From contig JAFQBA010000100.1 of the NCBI GenBank assembly GCA_017416845.1, positions 8,968 through 72,967 on the forward strand: a stretch of 64,000 bases of DNA, written 5' to 3'. The notes beneath the pieces were generated by a model. It worked only from the letters and a program-made list of their open reading frames with translations. It was not told the DNA's origin and made no database searches. Position 1 is the stretch's first letter, and the number at the start of each line of letters is the position of its first letter. Source of the stretch: Clostridia bacterium. Lineage in GTDB: Bacteria > Bacillota > Clostridia > UMGS1810. Shown in pieces: positions 1 to 9,993 of this stretch. The translations under genes and the position numbers were made by a program.

Positions 1-46
1 ATAACAAACGATAAAACTACACATAAAAATTTTTTCACTGTCATTT

Positions 47-1630
47 TTATTCCTCCTCATAAATAATAGTTTTGTGAATTGAACTTCTCTGACTCCAGTT
101 ACTGATTATAAATGCACACGGAGTGCATTCTCCAACTTCAACAGCCGGTGTAACAATATCCTGTGTTCCCACAATCTTTGTTTCGGGAGAAGACACCAGC
201 GAACATATTCGTCCGTCACTGTCTATAAGTCCCATAACAAGTGTTGCGCTCTCCCCTTTGGAAAGAGGATATTTCATGCTTGCCACGGCATATGCCTGTG
301 TACCCTCTTTAATAATTTTAAAATCCACAACCTCAAGCTTAAGTCTTTCAATTTTGTAATACGAATATATGTCGTTTACTTCGTCACACAAAACAAGCAC
401 ATAACCAAATTTAAGACTGTCACATTCTTTTGAAAATGTATCGTCTGAATAGAAACGGTAATTTGTTGCATTTGTTTCAATTTTTGACATAACATCTTCA
501 AGAGTTAATACATTTTCAGGATTAACCACAATAGAATCCGATTCTACAGCCACATCCGAATCAACAGGTGTAACACTTATCCTTTCAAAGGGTTTGAAAT
601 ATCCCCTGTTTATCTTCAGATTGTCAAAAGCTGCCGTTCCTCCGGTCTGATAGGTTGAACTTGCCACTCCGAATCTGAGTTCTGAAAGAGTGGAGGACGT
701 AAGGTCTCCGGCGTAGGGAAGCTGTTCACCGTCAAAGTAATAAATTAATCTGTTTCCTGCATAGTCATATGTAATTGCAACATTATGCCAGTAAGACATA
801 TCATCGCAAACCTTGACTTCCACATTTTTTTGTTTATCATAGCAGTAATATTTCATCATGCCGTCTGAAGTAAGCTTAAACAAGTCATATCCGCCGTTTC
901 TCTGAAGACTTGCCACTACATCACCTGTAATTCGGATTGAAAACTGAAGTGTAATTACTGTTTTGGGAGAATTAAGGCTTGCAATATCCCTGTTGTCGGC
1001 ACGAAGCGGATTACCGCTGCTAAGCGTTTTTTCCGGATTTACCGTAAATACAAGTGCACAGTCATCACTTGCCTTACCGCCAAGTCCCGGAACATCTCTT
1101 TTAATCGAAGTACCGGAAGGGGCATTCTTCCAGTCCTTGCCTATGCCTGTTTCGTCATAATTTGCCAACAAAACAGTATCAACAACCGGTATTTCATATG
1201 TTACACCATCTCTGGTTGCCACAATCTTGCTGCCACCGTCTGCAATGCTGCCTTTGTCATCTATGCCGTCTGAATTAAAGCAGGCAATGTGATATCCGCT
1301 TTCCGTTACGGCTTCCTCATTCGAAAGATTTATATTGTCCGAATTAAGCAGTGCAGACACTGCAGAGCTTGTTGTAATTCTGTAGTATGGATTCCACGGA
1401 CTTGAGAATATACCAATTGAATCTCCCAAATTAATAATCTGAGTATTCGTGATTGTGGATTGACCGGAAGTTCCCTCGGCACCATCCAGTTTTATAATTT
1501 TGTGTGACGACAAATCAGATGCAATTCCGACCTCATCACACAAGGGTTGTACGGCAAAAGCACTTGTTGAAAACAGCGATAGTGAAAATATGGCAACCAC
1601 AAGCCACGCCGTAAATCTTTTATTCAACAT
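47..1630 (-). CDS. Secreted LamG/ConA-like domain protein; stand-alone paralogue of the N-terminal module of the adjacent lyase
   Basis: ORF 47..1672. Start moved to ATG at 1630 (MLNKRFTAWLVV...), with AGGGAGG 7 nt upstream, giving a signal peptide ending SAFA. The N-terminal ~350 aa align with the N-terminus of ORF 1669..5802 (VGIA.D.SSH..IKLDG, SSPWNPYYR, LRFG...FDNL). No lyase domain is present. Confidence 0.6.
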   Translation of the reverse strand: MLNKRFTAWLVVAIFSLSLFSTSAFAVQPLCDEVGIASDLSSHKIIKLDGAEGTSGQSTITNTQIINLGDSIGIFSSPWNPYYRITTSSAVSALLNSDNINLSNEEAVTESGYHIACFNSDGIDDKGSIADGGSKIVATRDGVTYEIPVVDTVLLANYDETGIGKDWKNAPSGTSIKRDVPGLGGKASDDCALVFTVNPEKTLSSGNPLRADNRDIASLNSPKTVITLQFSIRITGDVVASLQRNGGYDLFKLTSDGMMKYYCYDKQKNVEVKVCDDMSYWHNVAITYDYAGNRLIYYFDGEQLPYAGDLTSSTLSELRFGVASSTYQTGGTAAFDNLKINRGYFKPFERISVTPVDSDVAVESDSIVVNPENVLTLEDVMSKIETNATNYRFYSDDTFSKECDSLKFGYVLVLCDEVNDIYSYYKIERLKLEVVDFKIIKEGTQAYAVASMKYPLSKGESATLVMGLIDSDGRICSLVSSPETKIVGTQDIVTPAVEVGECTPCAFIISNWSQRSSIHKTIIYEEE

Positions 1631-1668
1631 ATACTCACCTCCCTTCAAAGTTAAAAATTTATAAATCT

Positions 1669-4600
1669 TCATAATATATAAATCACCTCCATAATGTTCT
1701 GCTTAATCAAAGACCACTGATTTATGCTTTTATCGTAATCAAATATACTGCTTCCCGAAATACCGTATGGAGTTAATTTTACCGTTATATTAACCGTATC
1801 GGTTCCGCGGGCTTTAATTATAATTCTGTTATGAGTGCCATAGTTGTCATTTTTTTCCACAGGACTTGTGGGAAGCGGAACACCTTTTGTAACCTCGATT
1901 GTTCCGTTGCCGTCTACCAGAAAATCAAGCCTTAGTTTTTTGCCGTTTTGGGTAAGAGTTGCACCGGTTTCATCAATTTGTACATCTGCTTTTGTCTGCA
2001 TAAACCAATATACATCCGATTCTTTTGTGAGATTAACCTCATCACGTATTACAAGGCTCTGACGGTTATCGGTAAACATATATCCTCTTTTTGCTGATGA
2101 AACATCATACAAAAGCTCTGTGGTATCAACTTCAACTATTGCGCCGTTCTCATCTGATGCCTTAAAGTCCACTGCAGCATAGGAATTCACTTTGTGGTCA
2201 GGCAAAAGAGAGGGATTAACAACAATTGTATTATGAGCCTCGGCACGGTTTAAAAATATCCGCCACCGTTGTCCGTTTTCGCCCGTATCCCAATATCCGG
2301 TCTGATTATAGTTTCCGGCTCCGGGATCTATAGCCCATCTGATGCCATCATAGTCATATACAAAGCTTGCTCCGTCAAGCTGAGAATGAGAAAGGTTGGT
2401 TTTGCCTGCATGAATGCCCACAAATCCGCCATTTTGATTACTCCAGCTTTCCCTGAGAGTTATCGTCTCCTCTGTGCTGTAGTATTTGTCTTTGGGTAGA
2501 TTTATCCCGGTTACGGAAGTATCAGAATCATACCACAAAAGTGCAAGTGTCAGATCTTCTCCTCCGCTAAAGCCTGTACCGGAAAGCTTCATAAACGCAG
2601 ATGATGTATCGGGTCGGTTATATTTTGACGCTACCCAGAGCATTTCGGGGACATACAGTTTAGCCTGAGTACCGTCACCGTAATTAAATATACCGTTTGA
2701 TGACTGCATATGCATCATATAATCCGCAGAGGAATCAAGTCCTTCAACGCATTCAAGTCCGAAAGCACCTCCAAGAGACGAATCAAGGCTTGAAATTAAT
2801 TTGGAGGTGTATTGCATTGCATACTCCCAATAATGAGGTCCTTCATAGTAAGCCCCCTCCGGTGCAAAGTGCTGAATGTTAAGCTCCGCAGCCCTCACGG
2901 CACATGAAACAAGAAAATATGTCTCTTTCGGAAAAACATCCATAACCGCAAGAGATGCCATGGCTATACCGCCGTTACACACAACATTATGATTGCCTTG
3001 ACCATATGCAATGGCACTCATGGGAGATGAAGATGTCTGATATGCCAGACTTGCTTCATACAAGCCTTTCTGATAGAGACCCTCTTCAATTATCTTTCTT
3101 TGTTCATCCGAAAATGCTTCATACATCCAGTCATAACCTATTGCAACAGCGGCACACATTTCTCCCGTGTCAATGTCGTGAGTCGGGTGCCAGTCATAAA
3201 ATTCTTCACACACTGCCTTAAGATCAAGCCACGCACGGTCAGCATATTTTTTGTCTTTTGTAAGCTGATATGCCATACCGAGAGTATACATATTATTTAA
3301 AGCTTCACGGGATACATAAAGAAGTCTCTGACCGTCTCTGAGTTCATATTTTATGGGAGAGGTTTTCAAAAGTTTGTCAGCCAGATTTAAGAGAGAGTTT
3401 TTCCACGTTCTCATATATGAATCGGAATTGGTGCTTTCTCTGATTCCTTCAAAATCCGAAGAGGTTGCCTGAAGCCTCGGATGAACTCCTTTGTTTGATG
3501 ACAAAGCGTAATTTTTTGCAACATCCTCGGGTGACGGTCTTAAATAAAACAAATAATCATTTAGCTCTTTTATCTCTTCTTCGCTTTCGGGGAGAGTATA
3601 TTTTTCTTTTCCCAAAATATATAAACCGCTGTTAATCTCACAAACTACCTTTGTCAGAGTTAACCCGTATTTTTTGGCAAAGGCGTCAATTGTGACATAA
3701 CCGTTTAACTCATTTGGTAATCCGTAAAATGATGCCAATTCATTTGCAGCGACATAGTCAGTTCCGCTGTCGGATATGGGCTTATCATTTAAAACTGTTT
3801 TGTTTCCGTTTGCAAATGCAACACCGCTTTTGGTGTGAACCGCAAAATAATCTTTTAAATTGTTTTTAAGATTAGTATCGCTTGGAAAAACTGTCTGACC
3901 TGTCAGTATGATTTTTTTCTCTGTTTCAACAACTTCATCCTTAAGTCCGGTTCCTTCATATATTCTGATATTATCTGCAAAAAACTTAACACTGTTATCT
4001 TCTGCTGCCGATGAAGGAGGAACATGAATCCTGAAAAGATTAATTCCGGAATCAACGGCAAAGCCGGAGTCAACCTCGGTTTCAGCAATTAACTTTCCGT
4101 CTGTGTAATACTCTATAATCCTGTCATAGGTATTTACCATCATACTTACCCTGTACCACTGATTTAAATTAAGGGTCTGCCACGTGTTGCCAAGCTTAAG
4201 AACACCTCCGGATAAAAGCTGAATATAGCAGTTTTCCACCGCTTTGGCATCTTTTATACATATATTCATTTTTGATGAGGGTTCAATGACTTTCAGATCA
4301 AACTCCATCACCATACAGTCACTCTGGGAATTGAATCCTGAAGCAGTAAGATGAAAATCATTGTCTGAAATTCTTTCAAAGAGCATAGCACGGTTTTCTT
4401 CGCTTTCATCCGTCTGTTCAAGTATGCTTCCGTTGGCATAACAGTTAAGCGGAACATATTTTTCAAAATCACAGTTTAATATCACATTGTCACCGATTTG
4501 AATGTCATCTGTTTGCCCTGTTAAATATTCAACGGGTGTAAGTAAATCTTTTTTTCTTACAAAAGCCTTGTATGCTTTTAAAGAATCATAATTAAGACTT

Positions 4601-5802
4601 ACACTGCAAATCCCGGGTGATTCAATTACTTTATAAGTAACATCTGTCATTTCGCAGCCTTCATACAGTGCCAGAATCAAAACATTGCCTGCTTCTTTGG
4701 AATTATACTGAGCACTGACTGTTCCCTGTCTGCATAATACACTGATCGGACTTTGCTCGCTTTTTTTATAATAACCACGGTAAACACTCAGATTATCAAA
4801 ACAGACACTGCCTCCCGACTCATATGTACCATTATCTATGCCGAACCTAAGCTCTGTCAAATCTTCAAAGGTCAGATCACCGGTGCACCCGAGTATCTCT
4901 CCGTCAAAATAATACAGAATTCTGTTACCCGCATAATCATAAGTAAACGCAATTTTGTGCCATAATGATGCATCTTTGCACACATCAATCTCCACATTAC
5001 CCTGATTATCATAACTGTAATATTTCAAAATTCCGTCTGAAGACAATTTGAAAATATTGTACCCGTTATTTCTGCGAACACTTGCAACTGCATCTCCTGT
5101 CACACGGATATCAAATTCAACCGTGATAACGGATTTTGGTGAATTCAGACTGCCGATACTCCGATTATCACATCTAAGCGGATTGGAAGAACTTATAACA
5201 GTTTCTCTATCCACATTTAATTGAAGGCACGTATCGCTTGATATTTTTCCGCCCATATTTTCGGCATATCGGTTAATGTAAGTGCCTGACGGTGAATTAC
5301 TCCAGTCTTTCCCTATTTCAGATCCATCAAAAAATTCAAGCTCTGAAAAGTCAACAACAGGGATTTTTATTGTTTCCGAATCTCTTACAGCCTCTATCCA
5401 TCCCCCTGCCTCAACGGTTTTGGAGGAATCGTGAATTCCGTTTGAATCAAAGTATTGCAAGCTGTAGCCCTCAGATGTAACCCGTTCATCTTCATCCAAA
5501 TTCAGCTTTTGAGAATTCAATATTGCCGACACACAGGAATCATGAGTTAGTCTGTAGTAGGGATTCCATGGGCTTGAAAACAAGCCAATGGAATCACCCA
5601 AATTAACTACCTGCGTATTTTCGATATTGGTCTGCAAAGCCGTTCCCATGTTGCCGTCAAGCTTAATTACACTGTGTGAAGACATATCCTCCGCTATTCC
5701 CACTTTGGAAAGCACTGACTGATTTGCATATGAGTTTAGCGAAAACACCGACATAGTAAGCATTGCAACAAGTAATACCGAAATCATTTTTTTCAAAAAC
5801 AT
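1669..5802 (-). CDS. Secreted heparinase II/III-like polysaccharide lyase with N-terminal LamG-like modules
   Basis: 1377-aa ORF with AGGAGA RBS and a signal peptide (..NSYA). Catalytic-region motifs typical of heparinase II/III-like and alginate-lyase-fold enzymes: DWHPTHDIDTGEMCAAVAIGYDWMY, GNHNVVCNGG, PEGAYYEGPHYWEYA, HAG..HSQLDGASF, RAEAHNT. Confidence 0.75.
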   Translation of the reverse strand: MFLKKMISVLLVAMLTMSVFSLNSYANQSVLSKVGIAEDMSSHSVIKLDGNMGTALQTNIENTQVVNLGDSIGLFSSPWNPYYRLTHDSCVSAILNSQKLNLDEDERVTSEGYSLQYFDSNGIHDSSKTVEAGGWIEAVRDSETIKIPVVDFSELEFFDGSEIGKDWSNSPSGTYINRYAENMGGKISSDTCLQLNVDRETVISSSNPLRCDNRSIGSLNSPKSVITVEFDIRVTGDAVASVRRNNGYNIFKLSSDGILKYYSYDNQGNVEIDVCKDASLWHKIAFTYDYAGNRILYYFDGEILGCTGDLTFEDLTELRFGIDNGTYESGGSVCFDNLSVYRGYYKKSEQSPISVLCRQGTVSAQYNSKEAGNVLILALYEGCEMTDVTYKVIESPGICSVSLNYDSLKAYKAFVRKKDLLTPVEYLTGQTDDIQIGDNVILNCDFEKYVPLNCYANGSILEQTDESEENRAMLFERISDNDFHLTASGFNSQSDCMVMEFDLKVIEPSSKMNICIKDAKAVENCYIQLLSGGVLKLGNTWQTLNLNQWYRVSMMVNTYDRIIEYYTDGKLIAETEVDSGFAVDSGINLFRIHVPPSSAAEDNSVKFFADNIRIYEGTGLKDEVVETEKKIILTGQTVFPSDTNLKNNLKDYFAVHTKSGVAFANGNKTVLNDKPISDSGTDYVAANELASFYGLPNELNGYVTIDAFAKKYGLTLTKVVCEINSGLYILGKEKYTLPESEEEIKELNDYLFYLRPSPEDVAKNYALSSNKGVHPRLQATSSDFEGIRESTNSDSYMRTWKNSLLNLADKLLKTSPIKYELRDGQRLLYVSREALNNMYTLGMAYQLTKDKKYADRAWLDLKAVCEEFYDWHPTHDIDTGEMCAAVAIGYDWMYEAFSDEQRKIIEEGLYQKGLYEASLAYQTSSSPMSAIAYGQGNHNVVCNGGIAMASLAVMDVFPKETYFLVSCAVRAAELNIQHFAPEGAYYEGPHYWEYAMQYTSKLISSLDSSLGGAFGLECVEGLDSSADYMMHMQSSNGIFNYGDGTQAKLYVPEMLWVASKYNRPDTSSAFMKLSGTGFSGGEDLTLALLWYDSDTSVTGINLPKDKYYSTEETITLRESWSNQNGGFVGIHAGKTNLSHSQLDGASFVYDYDGIRWAIDPGAGNYNQTGYWDTGENGQRWRIFLNRAEAHNTIVVNPSLLPDHKVNSYAAVDFKASDENGAIVEVDTTELLYDVSSAKRGYMFTDNRQSLVIRDEVNLTKESDVYWFMQTKADVQIDETGATLTQNGKKLRLDFLVDGNGTIEVTKGVPLPTSPVEKNDNYGTHNRIIIKARGTDTVNITVKLTPYGISGSSIFDYDKSINQWSLIKQNIMEVIYIL

Positions 5803-5815
5803 TTTTATTCTCCTG

Positions 5816-8800
5816 TTACTTGTTTTGTATGATTACAATTTCCGAGATGCTGTTCCATGTTGAATTGGAAGCACCGTCACACACGAATCTTACATAACGG
5901 GCATCCTTATGCTTCAGATCGTAGAACTCAAAGTCATTGGTTGTACCGCTTGTTTCACCTTTAAAAACATCTTCAAACTCATAACCGTCTTTTGATACCT
6001 GAATTGTAATTTTTGTTGTTCTTGAATTTCCGAGATACATCGAAAGGGCAACCTTGTCAAGAACTTTTATTTCGCCAATATCAAGAGTGATGGTTTGACC
6101 TGCTCCTTCTGCCGACCATCTGGTGTCAAGACTTGTGTCAATAACATTCAAAGCTCCGTTTTCGGGTTGAGGTTCACTGCTTGCTTCAACCTTGACAACC
6201 GGCACCGAATTCATACCCTCAAACTCTTTTGGTTTTTTAAGCATATTAAAGTAAATATTATACACATTTTTGTTTGACATATCATTTTTGTCTGTAACAA
6301 TAATCTTTGATGGCTCATAAAGGCTTGAAGCTTTTTGAACTTCCACAAGATGCTTATCTGATATACCGACTATTTCAGGAACCTGACCAAGAGATCCCTC
6401 CACATAATTGTATACTATATTTTCGGTTTCAACTGTCATATCCACTCCGTTTACTTTGACAGAATCCAAAACGGGTTTTTCGGGAATTGCTCCATCGGGA
6501 ACATACCATTCGTCAATGCTTTTGTCATAGTCCGTTACATCTGTCGAATTAATATCAAAGGGAGTGAGTTTAACTGTTGTGTTTACCATGCCGCTTCCGT
6601 GGGACTTAATAATAATTCTGTTAAAATTACCGTAAGTGTCGTTTTCCTCCACAGGACTTGTGGGAAGCGGAACACCTTTTGTAACCTCAATTGTTGCACT
6701 TGCGTTTGATACAAAATCAAGTCTCAGCTTTTTACCGTCACTTACAAGAGTTGCTCCTTTTTCATCAAGCTGTACATCTGCTTTTGTCTGCATAAACCAA
6801 TATACATCCGATTCTTTTGTGAGATTAACCTCGTCACGTATTACAAGGCTCTGACGGTTGTCGGTAAACATATATCCTCTTTTTGCCGATGAAACATCAT
6901 ACAAAAGCTCTGTGGTATCAACTTCAACTATTGCGCCTCGCTCTTTAAGAGACTTTATATTCATTTTTGCATAGGATTTAACCTTGTGGTCAGGCAAGCT
7001 TGAAGGATTAACAACTACCGTGTTATGAGCTTCTGCACGGCTTAAGAATATTTTCCATCTTTGTCCGTCTTCGCCACTGTCCCAGTATCCTGTCTGATTG
7101 TAATTTCCGGCACCCGGATCTATAGCCCAGCGAACACCGTCATTGTCATATATAAAGCTTGCACCGTCAAGCTGAGAATGAGCAATATTTGTTGTTCCTG
7201 CGTGAATTCCCACAAAAGCGCCGTCTTTATCTGTCCAGCTTTCCCTGAGCGAAATTGTATCTTCGCCTTTATAGTAGCTGTCCTTTTTCAGCTCGGAAAC
7301 ATTGTTTGTCATGGCGGTATCATACCACAAAAGTGCAAGTGCCAGGTCTTCACCACCCGAGAAATTACCATCTGTTATTGACATTACAATGGAACCGGTG
7401 TCCATACGGTTATATTTACCCGAAAGCCAGAGCATTTCAGGAACATATACCTTTGCCTGAGTTCCGTCACCATAATTATATATACCATTTGAAGATTGCA
7501 TATAAATCATAAAATCTGCCGCAGTGTCCAGACCTTCTATACAATCAAGTCCGAAGCTGTTTCCCAAAACAGAATCAAGAGATGAAATCAGTTTTGAAGC
7601 ATACTGCATTGCATATTCCCAGTAGTGGGGACCTTCATAGTAGGCACCGTCGGGAGCAAAATGCTGAATGTTTAACTCTGCAGCCCTTGCGGCACATGAA
7701 GCAAGGAAATATGCTTCCTCGGGGAATACATCCATAACGGCAAGTGCCGCCATTGTTATGCCACCGTTACAAACAACATTGTGGTTAGCTTCGCCATATG
7801 CAATGCCACTCATCGCAGCGGACGACGACTGATATGCAAGACTTGCTTCATATAAGCCTTTCTGATAGAGACCCTCTTCAATTATTTTTCTCTGCTCATC
7901 GCTGAACGCATCATACATCCAGTCATATCCGATTGCAACTGCGGCACACATTTCGCCTGTGTCAATGTCGTGAGTGGGATGCCAGTCAAAGAACTCTTTA
8001 CACACTGCATTAAGGTCAAGCCATGCACGGTCGGCATATTCTGTGTTACCTGTTAACTGATATGCCATACCCAGAGTATACATATTGGTCAGAACATCTC
8101 TGCAGACATACAAAAGTCTTATACCGTCACGAAGTTCATATTCAACGGGTCCTGTGGTAAGCAAGGTATCGGCTCCGCGTATAACCCTGTCGCTCCAATG
8201 CTTCATCTGAGCATTTGTTTCAATCTGTTCCCTGATGCGTGCAAAATCTTCGGGTGCTGCCTGAATTCTTGGGTGAACACCCTTTAACGGAGATGAATTA
8301 TAAATCTCTTTAACCTGCTCCGGTGAAGGTCTCAGATATAACATATAATCATTGAGTTTTTTCAGCTCGTCACTATCTCCGGGAACTTTAAATGCCTTTG
8401 TTCCAAGAACATACAAACCACTGTTTTTGTCAATATCAACTTTTGTTACAACCAAAGAATGATTTTTTGCAAAATCGTCTATTGCAACATATCCGGCATC
8501 TTTGTTTTCCAGTCCGAATGCCTGTGAGAGTTCATTTGAATCAATAAATATTTTACCGTCTTTTTCGTAAGGTTTATTATCGCAAAGACTCTTTTGTCCG
8601 TTTGCAAAAACAACACCGCTTCTTGAATGAATACCATAGTATCCCTCAAGGCTTTTTATTACAGATGAGTCACTCGGGAAAACGGTTTTTCCGTTTAAAA
8701 CAATTTCGTTTTTCACTTCGCCAAGTTCAGAAACAGGCTCTGCCGCCTCATAAACCCTCAGATTATCAACAAAAAATCTGACCGAATTATCCCCGTCGGA

Positions 8801-9979
8801 ATTTGAAGGCGGAACATGAACTCTGAAAAGATCAACTCCCGAGCTCTGGGCAAAGCTTTTGTTTATTAAACAAGATGATTTTTTCTCACCGTTTAAATAA
8901 AAGTCGATCACTCTGTCGTAGGTGTTTATCATCATTGCCACACGGTACCAGTCACCGATTGCAAGAGATACGTTGTCATTGCCAAGTCTCAGTGCACCAC
9001 CGTTTGATAGCTGAACATAACAGTTTTCCCTGCCATCGGCGTCTTTAATACTCACATTAAACCGTGACGCAAGATTTAAAACCTTCAAATCAAATTCCAT
9101 AACCATACAGTCTGTCTGCATGTTATAGCCTGAGGATGTCATATGAAAATCATTATCTTTTTTTCGCTCAAAAAGCATAACCGTGTTGCCTTCATCTTCC
9201 TGAACCTGCTCGATAACACTGCCGTTTTCATATACATTCATGGGAACATTTTTCTCAAAATCACAATTTACAATTACTCTGCTTCCCACTTTAACTCCAT
9301 AATGAAAATCAGGTTTTTCATACACTTCTTCGTTATATTCCGATGACGGAAATTTTGTTATAATTTTATCGGAGTTTTTTGCATAAACATTATCAACTAT
9401 AATCCCGTTTCCCGGCTCTTCACTCCTGCAGGATATTGTGAGAGTGTCAAGGGATTTTAAAACGGGGCTTGATGCCATACGCTCTTGCGAAATCAATTTC
9501 CCGTTTCGGTATATCCTGCATTCGCCACTTTTGGTGTTATACAGTATTCCGACCCCGGTCATGTTTTTTGCACCGTATCCGAAAAGAGGTTTACCGTTAT
9601 ATGCATCAATTCTGTGATTTTTGTCAAAATGCAGAATTTCTATAGATTCGTTTCCGCCCGATATTTTCACAGTGCCGTCCACTGCATCATTTAAACAGGC
9701 AATATCAAAATGAAGAAAAAAATCACCCGTCACCGAAACATCAAACTGAAGCAATGAATCGCTTTTGTCAGCCATAACTGCAACAGCCTTATTTTTTTCA
9801 GAAAACTCTGTTATGTAATAATTGTCCGTACTTACATTGATTTCTGAAGGCGAATCATTTGTTGCATATTCATCAAATGTCTCATAAAAGTATTTTTCGT
9901 CAGCAAACGAATTAACGCCTGCGAGAGGAAACATTGCTGCACAGATTACTACTGCTATTATTCGTTTTATGGTTTTCAT
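5816..9979 (-). CDS. Secreted heparinase II/III-like polysaccharide lyase with C-terminal F5/8 type C (discoidin/CBM32-like) domain
   Basis: 1387-aa ORF with GGAGGA RBS and a signal peptide. Same lyase motifs as ORF 1669..5802. The C-terminal ~140 aa carry TRWSAEGAGQ..ITLDIGE..ARYVRF, a discoidin-type pattern. Confidence 0.75.
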   Translation of the reverse strand: MKTIKRIIAVVICAAMFPLAGVNSFADEKYFYETFDEYATNDSPSEINVSTDNYYITEFSEKNKAVAVMADKSDSLLQFDVSVTGDFFLHFDIACLNDAVDGTVKISGGNESIEILHFDKNHRIDAYNGKPLFGYGAKNMTGVGILYNTKSGECRIYRNGKLISQERMASSPVLKSLDTLTISCRSEEPGNGIIVDNVYAKNSDKIITKFPSSEYNEEVYEKPDFHYGVKVGSRVIVNCDFEKNVPMNVYENGSVIEQVQEDEGNTVMLFERKKDNDFHMTSSGYNMQTDCMVMEFDLKVLNLASRFNVSIKDADGRENCYVQLSNGGALRLGNDNVSLAIGDWYRVAMMINTYDRVIDFYLNGEKKSSCLINKSFAQSSGVDLFRVHVPPSNSDGDNSVRFFVDNLRVYEAAEPVSELGEVKNEIVLNGKTVFPSDSSVIKSLEGYYGIHSRSGVVFANGQKSLCDNKPYEKDGKIFIDSNELSQAFGLENKDAGYVAIDDFAKNHSLVVTKVDIDKNSGLYVLGTKAFKVPGDSDELKKLNDYMLYLRPSPEQVKEIYNSSPLKGVHPRIQAAPEDFARIREQIETNAQMKHWSDRVIRGADTLLTTGPVEYELRDGIRLLYVCRDVLTNMYTLGMAYQLTGNTEYADRAWLDLNAVCKEFFDWHPTHDIDTGEMCAAVAIGYDWMYDAFSDEQRKIIEEGLYQKGLYEASLAYQSSSAAMSGIAYGEANHNVVCNGGITMAALAVMDVFPEEAYFLASCAARAAELNIQHFAPDGAYYEGPHYWEYAMQYASKLISSLDSVLGNSFGLDCIEGLDTAADFMIYMQSSNGIYNYGDGTQAKVYVPEMLWLSGKYNRMDTGSIVMSITDGNFSGGEDLALALLWYDTAMTNNVSELKKDSYYKGEDTISLRESWTDKDGAFVGIHAGTTNIAHSQLDGASFIYDNDGVRWAIDPGAGNYNQTGYWDSGEDGQRWKIFLSRAEAHNTVVVNPSSLPDHKVKSYAKMNIKSLKERGAIVEVDTTELLYDVSSAKRGYMFTDNRQSLVIRDEVNLTKESDVYWFMQTKADVQLDEKGATLVSDGKKLRLDFVSNASATIEVTKGVPLPTSPVEENDTYGNFNRIIIKSHGSGMVNTTVKLTPFDINSTDVTDYDKSIDEWYVPDGAIPEKPVLDSVKVNGVDMTVETENIVYNYVEGSLGQVPEIVGISDKHLVEVQKASSLYEPSKIIVTDKNDMSNKNVYNIYFNMLKKPKEFEGMNSVPVVKVEASSEPQPENGALNVIDTSLDTRWSAEGAGQTITLDIGEIKVLDKVALSMYLGNSRTTKITIQVSKDGYEFEDVFKGETSGTTNDFEFYDLKHKDARYVRFVCDGASNSTWNSISEIVIIQNK

Positions 9980-9993
9980 AATAGTCCTCCTCT

